This document shows, in pieces, positions 13,579-21,685 of a DNA stretch of 32,984 nucleotides. The notes under the pieces are model-generated. The model saw only the letters and a program-made list of their open reading frames with translations. It did no database searches and had not been told where the DNA came from. The first letter of the stretch is position 1, and every line of letters begins with the position of its first letter. The position numbers and the translations under genes were made by a program. The stretch comes from Candidatus Poseidoniales archaeon (GTDB lineage: Archaea > Thermoplasmatota > Poseidoniia > Poseidoniales > Thalassarchaeaceae), in contig JAPKEY010000001.1 in assembly GCA_028821815.1 (NCBI GenBank), positions 1-32,984 on the forward strand, read 5' to 3'.

Positions 13579-14535
13579 TCAATCTAGGATGTGAATCGCA
13601 GCAGGAGTAATGGTGTATTCAACCCGATTCGCTGTGAATATTCGCTCGATGAAACCCAGGGCCTGCATCCTCCCCAGTACCCCGCTTCTCATGTGGGGGA
13701 TAACCGATTCACTCCAGTTTGTTTTGGTGCCTGGACCATATCTTCGATGAATGCGGGAAAGCAATGAGGAGGGGGTGTTTGAACCGATGTGGATGCCGTC
13801 GATGATGTGACGCATATACGCCCACTCCCCACCCATATTGTTTCTCACCTGCGATACGATCAATGCCCGCTCCGTCGGTGATAATGAGGGGCCCCCCTCA
13901 AGGGAATCGTCGATGATGGGGTTTGGTTCTCTAACAAATCTTTTTCCTGGATCGGTAAATTGTACTCTGCCGGAATCGTCGACACTAATCAATCCGAAAT
14001 CATACAATGCCCCAGATGGTTCGGTTTCACCGGCTCGGGCCCTCCGGATCATGTAGTGATTCAGGAAACGGTTTGTTGCTGCGCGTTCTCCGTTAGGAAA
14101 TGAAGAGTGGGTTCTCGATCCTCTTTCACGGCCCTGATGTTCGTCAAATTGTTTCAACAGCGCTCGGAGGGGAGCCACACTCGCCCTGATTGCTGAACGG
14201 AAATCGTGTATAGTCGGCCCGGAACCTTGTTCATCCAGTAGGGACCAAAGCATTCTGCACCCATACTTCAATGGCAACATACGGTTGATGTGTCCAGATA
14301 CTGCGCCACCCTCGAGTGGGTGACCGGCGGTGGTTGAATTCAGTCTGCTTTCGCCTAAATTGATTAATTTCAAGGGGTCTAGTATGGAATGGTCTGCTGC
14401 TACGGTATTATCCTCCTCCTGTAGGTGATTTTCAAGGAGTAATTGGCAATATTGGCTAATTGAAAGGTCCAGTTCGTTTGCACCGCTCATTAACCGTTCA
14501 ACGAGCTGTGAAGGGAGCGTGACTGTGGCCTCCAT
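13579..14535 (-). CDS. Putative transcription regulator: N-terminal ribbon-helix-helix (CopG/Arc-like) plus a large uncharacterised domain with a winged-helix-like C-terminus
   Basis: 318 aa. The N-terminus ATVTLPSQLVERLMSGANELDLSISQYCQLLLENHL has an RHH beta-strand/helix/helix pattern. The C-terminal end (MRSGVLGRMQALGFIERIFTANRVEYTITPAA) looks wHTH-like. It is the first gene of the block and has a perfect palindrome just upstream. Confidence 0.7.
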   Translation of the reverse strand: MEATVTLPSQLVERLMSGANELDLSISQYCQLLLENHLQEEDNTVAADHSILDPLKLINLGESRLNSTTAGHPLEGGAVSGHINRMLPLKYGCRMLWSLLDEQGSGPTIHDFRSAIRASVAPLRALLKQFDEHQGRERGSRTHSSFPNGERAATNRFLNHYMIRRARAGETEPSGALYDFGLISVDDSGRVQFTDPGKRFVREPNPIIDDSLEGGPSLSPTERALIVSQVRNNMGGEWAYMRHIIDGIHIGSNTPSSLLSRIHRRYGPGTKTNWSESVIPHMRSGVLGRMQALGFIERIFTANRVEYTITPAAIHILD

Positions 14536-14560
14536 GGGGTCCCGGGTGTGTAGGGGATTA

Positions 14561-14574
14561 ATGAATTAATTCAT
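14561..14574. promoter_or_regulatory. Perfect 14-bp AT-rich palindrome ATGAATTAATTCAT, a candidate operator/TATA region of the RHH gene
   Basis: It is centred about 32 nt upstream of the RHH gene ATG (14535). RHH repressors typically bind inverted repeats that overlap their own promoters. Confidence 0.45.
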
Positions 14575-14897
14575 CAAAAATCTTTGTATTTGGTATTAAT
14601 TGCAATATTAACTAGAATGGAGGAGGGGTTGTTTGGTTTTGGGTGATCTCTGGTTGGCGCTGGGGATTCCAGGGGAGCTGTTGGCCCTTGCAGATAATTG
14701 CTAACTATCTTGAATGTGGAATATCTTCAATTAACTGAAAAACACTGAAAAAAAACTAATTAATACGTTTTACGGGTGGTTTGAATTTCTTCTTCGAAAT
14801 AATTGGGGTCTGATAAATATACATGAAAAGGACGTGGTTGAGGCGTACCTTTGACCGCTCTTATTCGAATGAATACACTTGATATTGATCCACACAT

Positions 14898-14914
14898 ATG
14901 GTTGAATTAACCAT
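14898..14914 (-). terminator. Weak hairpin just downstream of purN
   Basis: ATGGTT-GAATT-AACCAT (6-bp stem, 5-nt loop), 16 nt after the purN stop. T-rich runs on the transcribed strand appear only further downstream (around 14734-14754). Confidence 0.25.
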
Positions 14915-14929
14915 CTAATTGTCTAAGCC

Positions 14930-15544
14930 TTACAGGTGGCCTGCAGAGAAGGCATCGATGACTTCCGGATACAATTTATGCTCAAGTACCTTAACGCGCT
15001 CAGATAAACTATCTTCATCATCATCAGGGTTAATCTCGAGTTGGTTTTGCGCTAATATTTTCCCGGTATCCATGCCATCATCAACCAAATGAACGGTGCA
15101 ACCTGTGATGGTAGCACCATCTGCAAGGGCATCTCGGTGGGCATGGGCACCAGGATATTTGGGCAATAGAGAGGGGTGGATGTTGAGCATACGCCCACTC
15201 CATGCCCGCACGAATAAAGGTGATAGGATCCGCATATAACCAGACAGTACAACTGCTTCAATCTCATGTTCTTGCAGGGCAGCCATAATGGCTATTTCGT
15301 GTACCTCACGCCGCTCTATTTTGCTTGGAACTGACATATCTAATTCAATTGTAATTGTGTTGACGTTGTGGACTTGGGCCTTGTCCAAACCGGATGCGGA
15401 GGCAATGTTGGAGACGATTAATGTGGTTTCATGTAAACATGGTTTCGACTCTTGATGATGCAATAGTGCTTCCATCCCTGAGCCCGATCCAGAAATGAAG
15501 ACGGCTAACCGAAGTGGGTTTTCGATGGTTGCAACACGCATCAT
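14930..15544 (-). CDS. purN: Phosphoribosylglycinamide formyltransferase (GAR transformylase)
   Basis: From the internal ATG at 15544: MMRVATIENPLRLAVFISGSGSGMEALL ... VVLSGYMRILSPLFVRAWSGRMLNIHPSLLPKYPG ... TGCTVHLVDDGMDTGKIL. These are canonical PurN motifs (the HPSLLP and DxG segments). The 117-codon N-terminal extension in the ORF track has no PurN similarity and overlaps the divergent gene. Confidence 0.9.
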   Translation of the reverse strand: MMRVATIENPLRLAVFISGSGSGMEALLHHQESKPCLHETTLIVSNIASASGLDKAQVHNVNTITIELDMSVPSKIERREVHEIAIMAALQEHEIEAVVLSGYMRILSPLFVRAWSGRMLNIHPSLLPKYPGAHAHRDALADGATITGCTVHLVDDGMDTGKILAQNQLEINPDDDEDSLSERVKVLEHKLYPEVIDAFSAGHL

Positions 15545-15565
15545 CTTGCCTCTCTCAAACGGGGG

Positions 15566-15581
15566 CACGCAGTACTGCATG
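15566..15581. promoter_or_regulatory. Palindrome in the purN / DUF454 divergent intergenic region
   Basis: CACGCAGTACTGCATG, with a perfect 10-bp core GCAGTACTGC at 15569-15578. It lies between the divergent starts at 15544 and 15637. Confidence 0.25.
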
Positions 15582-15636
15582 AAGAGGTTGGCCCTTGCAT
15601 GCGAAGGGTGATAGGTAGCATGTCGAGGGGGGGAAC

Positions 15637-16125
15637 ATGGTCGAACGGTTGGAGTCGATTGACGCAATCGTTGAACGGTATTGTGTGGCAAGTAGTCCAG
15701 CCAAGAGTCGCCTCTACATTGGATTGGGGTCGTTATTCGTGGTTTTTGCCATTGTTGGCATATGGGTGCCAGGGTGGCCAACTGTGTCATGGGCTGTTCC
15801 TGCAGCCTTCCTTTTCTCCTATTCCAGTGAGTCAATGTTTCGCTGGACGTTAACAAATCGATTTTTTGGGGTAGCGATGTTTGAGTATTATGCAACAGGA
15901 AAAACCGTACCGAAACATGCGAAATATGGCATCATGTGCCTGATTGCGATGATGACCATGTCTTCAGCAACTTTTGTTTGGTACATCTCAACACTAGGGA
16001 ATGGAGACGTAATGGTTCCAGCTTCATGGAATGGTGCTGATCCAGGTTACGGTGCTATCACCATAACCCTTGCAGGTTTGATTGGGATCTGGTGGCTATA
16101 CGCTAAGGTCGAAACTCGCGAATAA
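15637..16125 (+). CDS. DUF454 (YbaN-like) small membrane protein
   Basis: 162 aa. VFAIVGIWVPGWPTVSWAVPAAFLFSYSSESMFRW matches the YbaN/DUF454 pattern (G-h-h-h-P-G-h-P-T ... F-x-x-S-S). It has 3-4 TM segments and a G-rich SD-like GAGGGGGG upstream. Confidence 0.7.
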   Translation: MVERLESIDAIVERYCVASSPAKSRLYIGLGSLFVVFAIVGIWVPGWPTVSWAVPAAFLFSYSSESMFRWTLTNRFFGVAMFEYYATGKTVPKHAKYGIMCLIAMMTMSSATFVWYISTLGNGDVMVPASWNGADPGYGAITITLAGLIGIWWLYAKVETRE

Positions 16126-16175
16126 TGCTACATTCTACTCGGTAAATTGAAAGCGAATTGCGTATTCACCAGTTC

Positions 16176-16520
16176 ATGAACGAGTTTCTAATCACATTGG
16201 AAGATAGACCTGGGGCCATGGCTGAATGCTGTGAAGCCATTGGGGAAGCAGGAATCAATATCATTGCAGGTGCGGGGCTTGCAAGTTCATCGGCAATGGC
16301 TGCAATTGTTACCGATGATGCGGATGGGACGGTAGCAGCCCTCAAGTTACTTGGTGTCACATTCTCAATGCGAAGTCTGCACACTGCTGTACTACGGCAC
16401 GAACCGGGTTCCTTGGGTGCATTCACACGCGGACTAGCGGAAAATGGAATCAATTTGCAATCAATTTACATCATAAATACCGATGGTGAAGAGGTTGAAA
16501 TCGGTTATTCAACTGAATAA
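16176..16520 (+). CDS. ACT-domain protein
   Basis: From ATG 16176 (the track start at 16158 is a TTG): MNEFLITLEDRPGAMAECCEAIGEAGINIIAGAG ..., with a second half VLRHEPGSLGAFTRGLAENGINLQSIYI. These are two ACT-like beta-alpha-beta-beta-alpha-beta units with the D/E-x-P-G signature. Confidence 0.7.
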   Translation: MNEFLITLEDRPGAMAECCEAIGEAGINIIAGAGLASSSAMAAIVTDDADGTVAALKLLGVTFSMRSLHTAVLRHEPGSLGAFTRGLAENGINLQSIYIINTDGEEVEIGYSTE

Positions 16521-16531
16521 TCCGTTCAAGA

Positions 16532-17866
16532 TTAGCGGCGCCCACGTGGGTGGTAGCGTTTTCCAGCCGGTTTCCCGCCTCGCGAATTAGCGCCACCCCC
16601 GCCTCGTGGATTGGTACCACGTTTTGAACGGCGGTCATCTTGCCGGCGATTGGATTTATTGTGAAATCGGGCCCTCTTTGCATCGCGTTTGGGTTTGCGT
16701 GGCTTGTCACTTCGAGCAGGTGGGATATATACGACATCATATTGGGGCAGGGCGTTGAAATCTGGTGGTGTGAATTTTGCAAAAATACCGACATCTTTCT
16801 GAATTCGGCTGCACATCTTTTTCTGTGGGTTTTGAACCAGCGAAATGACTGACCCTGATGAGCCTGCTCTCGCAGTTCTACCACTGCGATGTTTGTACGC
16901 CTTACCATTTTCGGGTGGATCGTAATGAATGACACAATTGATTCCCTCAACATCTATTCCGCGTGCTGCAACATCCGTTGCAACGAGGGCCATGCAACGC
17001 CCTTCAACGAATTTTGACATCGCACGATCCCGTTTCCTTTGATCAAGACCACCGTGTAAAGTAGCCACGCCGATTCCCTCTTCAACCAATTGGTCACCAA
17101 CACGGTCAACCCCAAGCCGAGTACGGCAAAACACGATTGTGCGGCCGCATTTACGTATGGCTTCAGAAGCGATTCCTGGTTTCATGGTATTCTTCAGTAG
17201 CCAAAAGAAGTGTTCCATGTTATCCATGCTTACTTCTTTTGGTCCAACTTCAATGGTCACAGGGTTGTGTAGATAATTATCCACCAAATCTCCGACCTCA
17301 TCGTCGAGTGTGGCGCTAAACAAAACCGTTTGACGGTTGGGGGCGCAGCGATCGAGGATATCGCAAACTGGTTCCATGAATCCCATGTCCGCCATACGAT
17401 CTGCTTCGTCAAGTACGACGACCCCGACATCTTCCAAACTGAGTGCGCCACGATCGAGTAAATCAATGAGGCGCCCGGGGCAAGCAACGACAATGTCAAC
17501 GCCTCTAGACAGTGCCTTTCGTTGTCTCCCATAGGGTACGCCACCATAGATGGCTAGGACTTCGAAGTTGAATGTTGCAGCAAGAGGTGTGAGAACATTG
17601 CAAATTTGTTCAGCCAATTCCCGCGTAGGGGACAAAATGAGTGCAGTGGGAAATTCTGGGTCGGCCCGGAGGGTTCTGGAAAGCAATGGTAATCCGAATG
17701 CGAGTGTCTTACCCGAACCTGTTGGAGCGCGACAACAGATATCATTGCCAAGCATCGCATCTGGGATGGCTTCTCTTTGAACTTCAAAGGGTTCGCTAAT
17801 ACCTTGTTCCTCGAGTTTTTGAATGAGAGCTGGGTCGATGCCCAAATCAAAGAAACTGACCGCCAT
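16532..17866 (-). CDS. DEAD-box ATP-dependent RNA helicase with a basic RG-rich C-terminal tail
   Basis: 444 aa. Q-motif region FEVQREAI, motif I APTGSGKT, motif II VLDEADRM, SAT, motif VI HRSGRTARAG. The tail reads ...RRQDDRRSKRGTNPRGGGGANSRGGKPAGKRYHPRGRR. Confidence 0.92.
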   Translation of the reverse strand: MAVSFFDLGIDPALIQKLEEQGISEPFEVQREAIPDAMLGNDICCRAPTGSGKTLAFGLPLLSRTLRADPEFPTALILSPTRELAEQICNVLTPLAATFNFEVLAIYGGVPYGRQRKALSRGVDIVVACPGRLIDLLDRGALSLEDVGVVVLDEADRMADMGFMEPVCDILDRCAPNRQTVLFSATLDDEVGDLVDNYLHNPVTIEVGPKEVSMDNMEHFFWLLKNTMKPGIASEAIRKCGRTIVFCRTRLGVDRVGDQLVEEGIGVATLHGGLDQRKRDRAMSKFVEGRCMALVATDVAARGIDVEGINCVIHYDPPENGKAYKHRSGRTARAGSSGSVISLVQNPQKKMCSRIQKDVGIFAKFTPPDFNALPQYDVVYIPPARSDKPRKPKRDAKRARFHNKSNRRQDDRRSKRGTNPRGGGGANSRGGKPAGKRYHPRGRR

Positions 17867-17989
17867 CCTTCAGTTCCCCACACCGTGCCGCCCTGCCGAT
17901 GTTATTTGAATCCCGTAGTAGTCAGAATGTGAAGAATGGGCGTGAAAAGGTTGATTGCCCTATTTTCGAATGTTATTTCACGGATGTTC

Positions 17990-18367
17990 CTATCGTGATC
18001 TGTAATAACCCCAACCTGCGAAAGGGAGGCTCCAGAAAATGCCTCCAACGGCGCCCATGGGGACTAAAATGAGCCAGTCTAAACCCATGTCGCCTCCACC
18101 AAAAGCGGGACCTAGAATTGGTAATATGAAGGTGAGGAATGAAATTGGGATCAGATGTTTCAAACTGGCTTCGCCCTCGATGATTTGTGGAAATGTTCTC
18201 TTCACCAAAAATGCTGGAATGAGAATGACCGCTAGAAATGAAAGCATTGCAATTCCAAAACCAAATTCAGTAACTCCACTCATGACGTTTAATATCATCA
18301 GAAATCCAATCAATCCGCCAGTGATTGAACCGGACAGTAGAATGTTTTTCCAACTCATATCGATCAC
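17990..18367 (-). CDS. Small hypothetical membrane protein (~4 TM)
   Basis: 125 aa and very hydrophobic, with G-rich helices. Its start overlaps the purH stop by 1 nt, which suggests co-transcription. No recognisable family. Confidence 0.55.
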   Translation of the reverse strand: MIDMSWKNILLSGSITGGLIGFLMILNVMSGVTEFGFGIAMLSFLAVILIPAFLVKRTFPQIIEGEASLKHLIPISFLTFILPILGPAFGGGDMGLDWLILVPMGAVGGIFWSLPFAGWGYYRSR

Positions 18368-20034
18368 TAGTGCCGAAACAATCGAATGCCAGTAAACAGC
18401 ATAGTCATGCCGTGTTCGTCGGCAGCTTCGATGACTTCCGCGTCACGAATGCTTCCCCCCGGTTGAACCACGGCGGTGATGCCAATTTCGTGACTCGTAT
18501 CAATACCATCTCTGAAGGGGAAGAATGCATCTGATACCATCATCGCACCTTGTGCGCTTTCCCCCGCCCTGCGGGCAGCGATACGAACTGCTTCCACGCG
18601 GCTGGTCTGACCTGGGCCAATACCGACGGTGGCAAAGCCCGTTTCTGTGGGTTGGATGAAAATTACGCAATTACTCTTCACCTGAGCGCAAACTGCAACC
18701 CCAAATCGCGCAAGGTCAAACTGTGTAGGGTCGGCTCCTACTTTTGTCACACAGCGGACCTCTGACCAATCAATGATTGGAGCACCCTCTGTTTGTGCCA
18801 ACCAACCACCATCAATCTGACGGAATTGGGTACACATATCTAGTGATGTCATTCCTTTGAGTGTCAACATTCTACGATTCTTTTTCTCTGATAGGATTTC
18901 TAATGCGCCATCTTCGTAACCAGGAGCAATAATACACTCAACAAAGTGTCCCCCAATTCGTTCTGCCGTACTCTTTGATATCGGCGTGTTGAATGCAATG
19001 ACACAACCAAATGCAGATTCTGGGTCGCTGGCCAGAGCATCATCCCACGCTGCAATCTGATCGGTAGAAATCGCTACACCACAGGCGTTGGTATGCTTGA
19101 TGATGACGCAACAATGGGTCCACTTTGCCCATTCTGGACCAACGTATGAGCGGCAAAATCGGAGAGCGGCGTCCAAGTCAAGGTAGTTGTTGAATGACAA
19201 TGCTTTGCCGCCATGTTGCTCTGCTGCTGCTAATCCATTTGGTGCTTCACCAACAGTGTTTCCTGGATAGAATGCAGCGGGCTGGTGGGGGTTTTCGCCA
19301 TACCGCAATGGATGACGATTACCACCGGAAACAAGGAGTTTTTCGGGTAAGATTTCCTCGGCTTCCTCTTCTAGAGATTCGAGGCGGTTTGCAAGAGTAT
19401 TTGCCAGTGCAACATCGTAAGCGGCAGTTCGTTGGTATGCGGTCAACGCCAAACGTTGACGTGTACCCATGTCAACAGCACTTGGGTCACCATTTGCTTC
19501 TTGCAGTGTTTCAAGAAGTTGACCATAATTATCAGGATTTACAACAATGAGTACGTCGGCATGTGATTTGGCAGCTGCACGTACTAAGGTGGGACCACCA
19601 ATGTCAATCATTTCAATCAAATCTGCTTCACTAACCGGTGGGTCTTGGGCGGCCACCTCTTCAAAGGGATAGAGGTTGACAGCGACCAAATCGATTCGTG
19701 GGTATTCGAGTTCCTTGAGTGTTGCCATGTCATCCGGATTGTTGCCACGTGCGAGAATGGCTGCGTGAATAGCGGGATGAAGGGTTTTAACTCGACCATT
19801 GAACACTTCAGGGTGACCTGTCACATCGGTTACATCGATTACCTCAAGTCCGTTTTCCCGGAGAAGGCGGGCCGTACCTCCTGTCGACAGAATTTGCCAA
19901 CCCATTGCAGTCAAGGCTGTGGCAAAAGCAGTCACACCTGTTTTGTCATAAACTGAAATGAGTGCGCGCGGCGCATTATCGCCTGTTTTTCCCGGCACCG
20001 AAGTGGTGAGGGTTGGCTGGTCACGGTCAACCAT
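18367..20034 (-). CDS. purH: Bifunctional AICAR transformylase / IMP cyclohydrolase
   Basis: 555 aa. N-terminal MGS-like domain ALISVYDKTGVTAFATALTAMGWQILSTGGTARLL, KTLHPAIHAAIL, and a C-terminal AICARFT region ending ...FTGIRLFRH, the canonical PurH C-terminus. Confidence 0.93.
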   Translation of the reverse strand: MVDRDQPTLTTSVPGKTGDNAPRALISVYDKTGVTAFATALTAMGWQILSTGGTARLLRENGLEVIDVTDVTGHPEVFNGRVKTLHPAIHAAILARGNNPDDMATLKELEYPRIDLVAVNLYPFEEVAAQDPPVSEADLIEMIDIGGPTLVRAAAKSHADVLIVVNPDNYGQLLETLQEANGDPSAVDMGTRQRLALTAYQRTAAYDVALANTLANRLESLEEEAEEILPEKLLVSGGNRHPLRYGENPHQPAAFYPGNTVGEAPNGLAAAEQHGGKALSFNNYLDLDAALRFCRSYVGPEWAKWTHCCVIIKHTNACGVAISTDQIAAWDDALASDPESAFGCVIAFNTPISKSTAERIGGHFVECIIAPGYEDGALEILSEKKNRRMLTLKGMTSLDMCTQFRQIDGGWLAQTEGAPIIDWSEVRCVTKVGADPTQFDLARFGVAVCAQVKSNCVIFIQPTETGFATVGIGPGQTSRVEAVRIAARRAGESAQGAMMVSDAFFPFRDGIDTSHEIGITAVVQPGGSIRDAEVIEAADEHGMTMLFTGIRLFRH

Positions 20035-20089
20035 GTGAGGAACCCGTTAGGCAGCGAATGTATGACCGCCTTTGAACCCGATGGGTATG

Positions 20090-21646
20090 TCAATCGCCGC
20101 GTGCAGAGACGACCTGATCAATTCTCAGCATGCTTGCACAAGTTTCAGTTCCAGAATTCAGTGCTGATTCAAGGCTGATTGCTGCTTCCTTTGCTCCTGT
20201 TGGGCCCACCGTCCCATCAGCAGTAATTCCTGCCTCTGCAGCACCATTTCTATGTGCGGCACGTAACTCTAGGATTCTATCCAATGCATCCGTACCAGCA
20301 TTCAGAGCGAGGGTAATCGGGATTATTTCTAATGCTCGTGCAAACGCTTCCATGGCCAATCTGTTGCGTCCGGCTTCGTGCTCGGCCGCCTCACGAATTG
20401 CGAGAGCGCAAGCCATATGTGTCGCGCCACCACCATCTATGAGGCGATCTGAGCGCATCGCCAAGCCTGTAGAACGGAGGGCATCGTGGATTGCACGGAT
20501 CGCTTCCTCTGCTGCGAGGTGGTTCGCACCGCCCACTTCACAGGTGACTACTTTTGGAGATGGGCACGCTTCCAATCGGATCAGGTCTTCGACCTGATCT
20601 GTGGCTGTCCGGCTCTCGGTGACCAAACGACCCGCTTCACCAATGTCTTCTGGAGATAGGTCGGCTAAGTGTTCAATGAGTCGGGAGCCAGTGGCAAGAG
20701 ATGCGTTATGCAATTCACTGTCATCAAATTCACCAGCGACAAAACAACCAGCTCGCATCAATCGATGGAGGAGACCTTTGTCAACCGAGCCGGAGCAAAG
20801 GAATACATTTGCACCTGATGAGAGAAGTGTTTCGGAAAGAACATCGCGGGTGGCCTCTTCTGCTGCCAAAAATGCATCCAATTGTGCTACTTCCTCAATT
20901 TCGATCTCTGCCGCTCGTATCTGCTTTCGTGGTGCTATATCACCATTGATTGTGGCTACCTTCGCATCCTCAATTCTTGACGGGAGAGAATCTAACAACA
21001 CACGACGGCGGACGACAATGCCGTTGAGTAATTTTGAGTCGGATAGGCTACCTGTGTTAGTCTTGTGCATGGTAATAAAATCAGCATCACCCTCGACGGT
21101 ATTCAGTGCTTCAACAATCATCTTTGAAAGGATGGTTGCGGCACCTTCTGCACCTTTGCCTGTCAGAGAAGTTGTTGCGACTCCTCGAAGGGTTTCTGGG
21201 TTGCATGCAACGGCTTGATTATGAATGGTATCTTGGGCGATTTGGTTGGCTAAATTATAGCCATCGACGATTGTCAAAGGGTGCAAGCCTTTCTGCAATA
21301 GTCGTCCGCCTTCAATCAAGAGTTCGGCACTGAATAGCAATGCGCCAGTCACGCCATCGCCACAGGAATTCTCCTGAGATTCAGCCATGGACACGAACAT
21401 TTTCGCGGCGGGGTGTTTGACCATTAGTTCGGCAACAATCTTTGCCCCATCATTGGTCACTGCTGCCGTTCCATCGGTCTTGTAGAGCATCTTATCCAGT
21501 CCGCGGGGACCGTATGTCGGTCGTAGAAGATCTGCGAAAACTCGAGCTGCTGCAATCAACTTCTCTTGCACTGCAGTCCCGCTGGTAACACTGGTCTCCT
21601 CACGGAGAATTACGACGGGGGGTTTGCCCGCTGCTTCGTCGCCCAT
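20090..21646 (-). CDS. ths: Thermosome subunit (group II chaperonin, CCT/TCP-1 family)
   Basis: 518 aa. LRPTYGPRGLDKML, VTNDGAKIVAEL, ESQENSCGDGVTGALLFSAELL, and GGGATHMACALAI, which corresponds to the conserved GGGA ATP-site motif. Confidence 0.92.
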   Translation of the reverse strand: MGDEAAGKPPVVILREETSVTSGTAVQEKLIAAARVFADLLRPTYGPRGLDKMLYKTDGTAAVTNDGAKIVAELMVKHPAAKMFVSMAESQENSCGDGVTGALLFSAELLIEGGRLLQKGLHPLTIVDGYNLANQIAQDTIHNQAVACNPETLRGVATTSLTGKGAEGAATILSKMIVEALNTVEGDADFITMHKTNTGSLSDSKLLNGIVVRRRVLLDSLPSRIEDAKVATINGDIAPRKQIRAAEIEIEEVAQLDAFLAAEEATRDVLSETLLSSGANVFLCSGSVDKGLLHRLMRAGCFVAGEFDDSELHNASLATGSRLIEHLADLSPEDIGEAGRLVTESRTATDQVEDLIRLEACPSPKVVTCEVGGANHLAAEEAIRAIHDALRSTGLAMRSDRLIDGGGATHMACALAIREAAEHEAGRNRLAMEAFARALEIIPITLALNAGTDALDRILELRAAHRNGAAEAGITADGTVGPTGAKEAAISLESALNSGTETCASMLRIDQVVSARGD

Positions 21647-21685
21647 GGTTGGCCTCGGTCAAAGCGATACTCATGAAGCCTTCGC

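Noticed and set aside
3414-14535. Possibility that the uncharacterised block is an anti-phage defence island
   Set aside because: I saw no nuclease, helicase, ATPase, methylase, TIR/SIR2, protease or reverse-transcriptase motifs in any of the genes. The products are structural in character (coiled coil, beta-sandwich arrays, TM anchors), and there are no flanking mobile-element genes.
14600-14700. G-rich island (GGAGGAGGGGTTGTTTGGTTTTGGG...GGGGATTCCAGGGGAG) inside the AT-rich 390-nt purN-RHH intergenic region, considered as a possible small RNA
   Set aside because: I could not fold a convincing structure (too few complementary C residues). I found no C/D or H/ACA boxes and no tRNA-like arms. 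It may simply be UTR or promoter spacer and would need RNA-seq to revisit.
14680-15599. Exact 13-nt direct repeat GTTGGCCCTTGCA at 14680-14692 and 15587-15599, flanking purN
   Set aside because: A rough expectation for identical 13-mers in a 33-kb window is several pairs by chance. There is no associated mobile-element gene or target-site-duplication-like structure, so I treat it as coincidence.
15545-15895. N-terminal 117-codon extension of the purN ORF (the track calls 321 aa)
   Set aside because: The extension has no PurN similarity, is rich in P/R/T/Q, and overlaps the divergent DUF454 gene. The canonical PurN N-terminus begins at the internal MMRVATI... (15544).
16166-17883. Overlapping ORFs around the ACT gene and the DEAD-box helicase gene (16166-16453, 16471-16953, 17257-17547, 17554-17883, and the plus-strand ORFs)
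   Set aside because: These are shadow frames of two genes with strong motif support, and none has its own recognisable motif.
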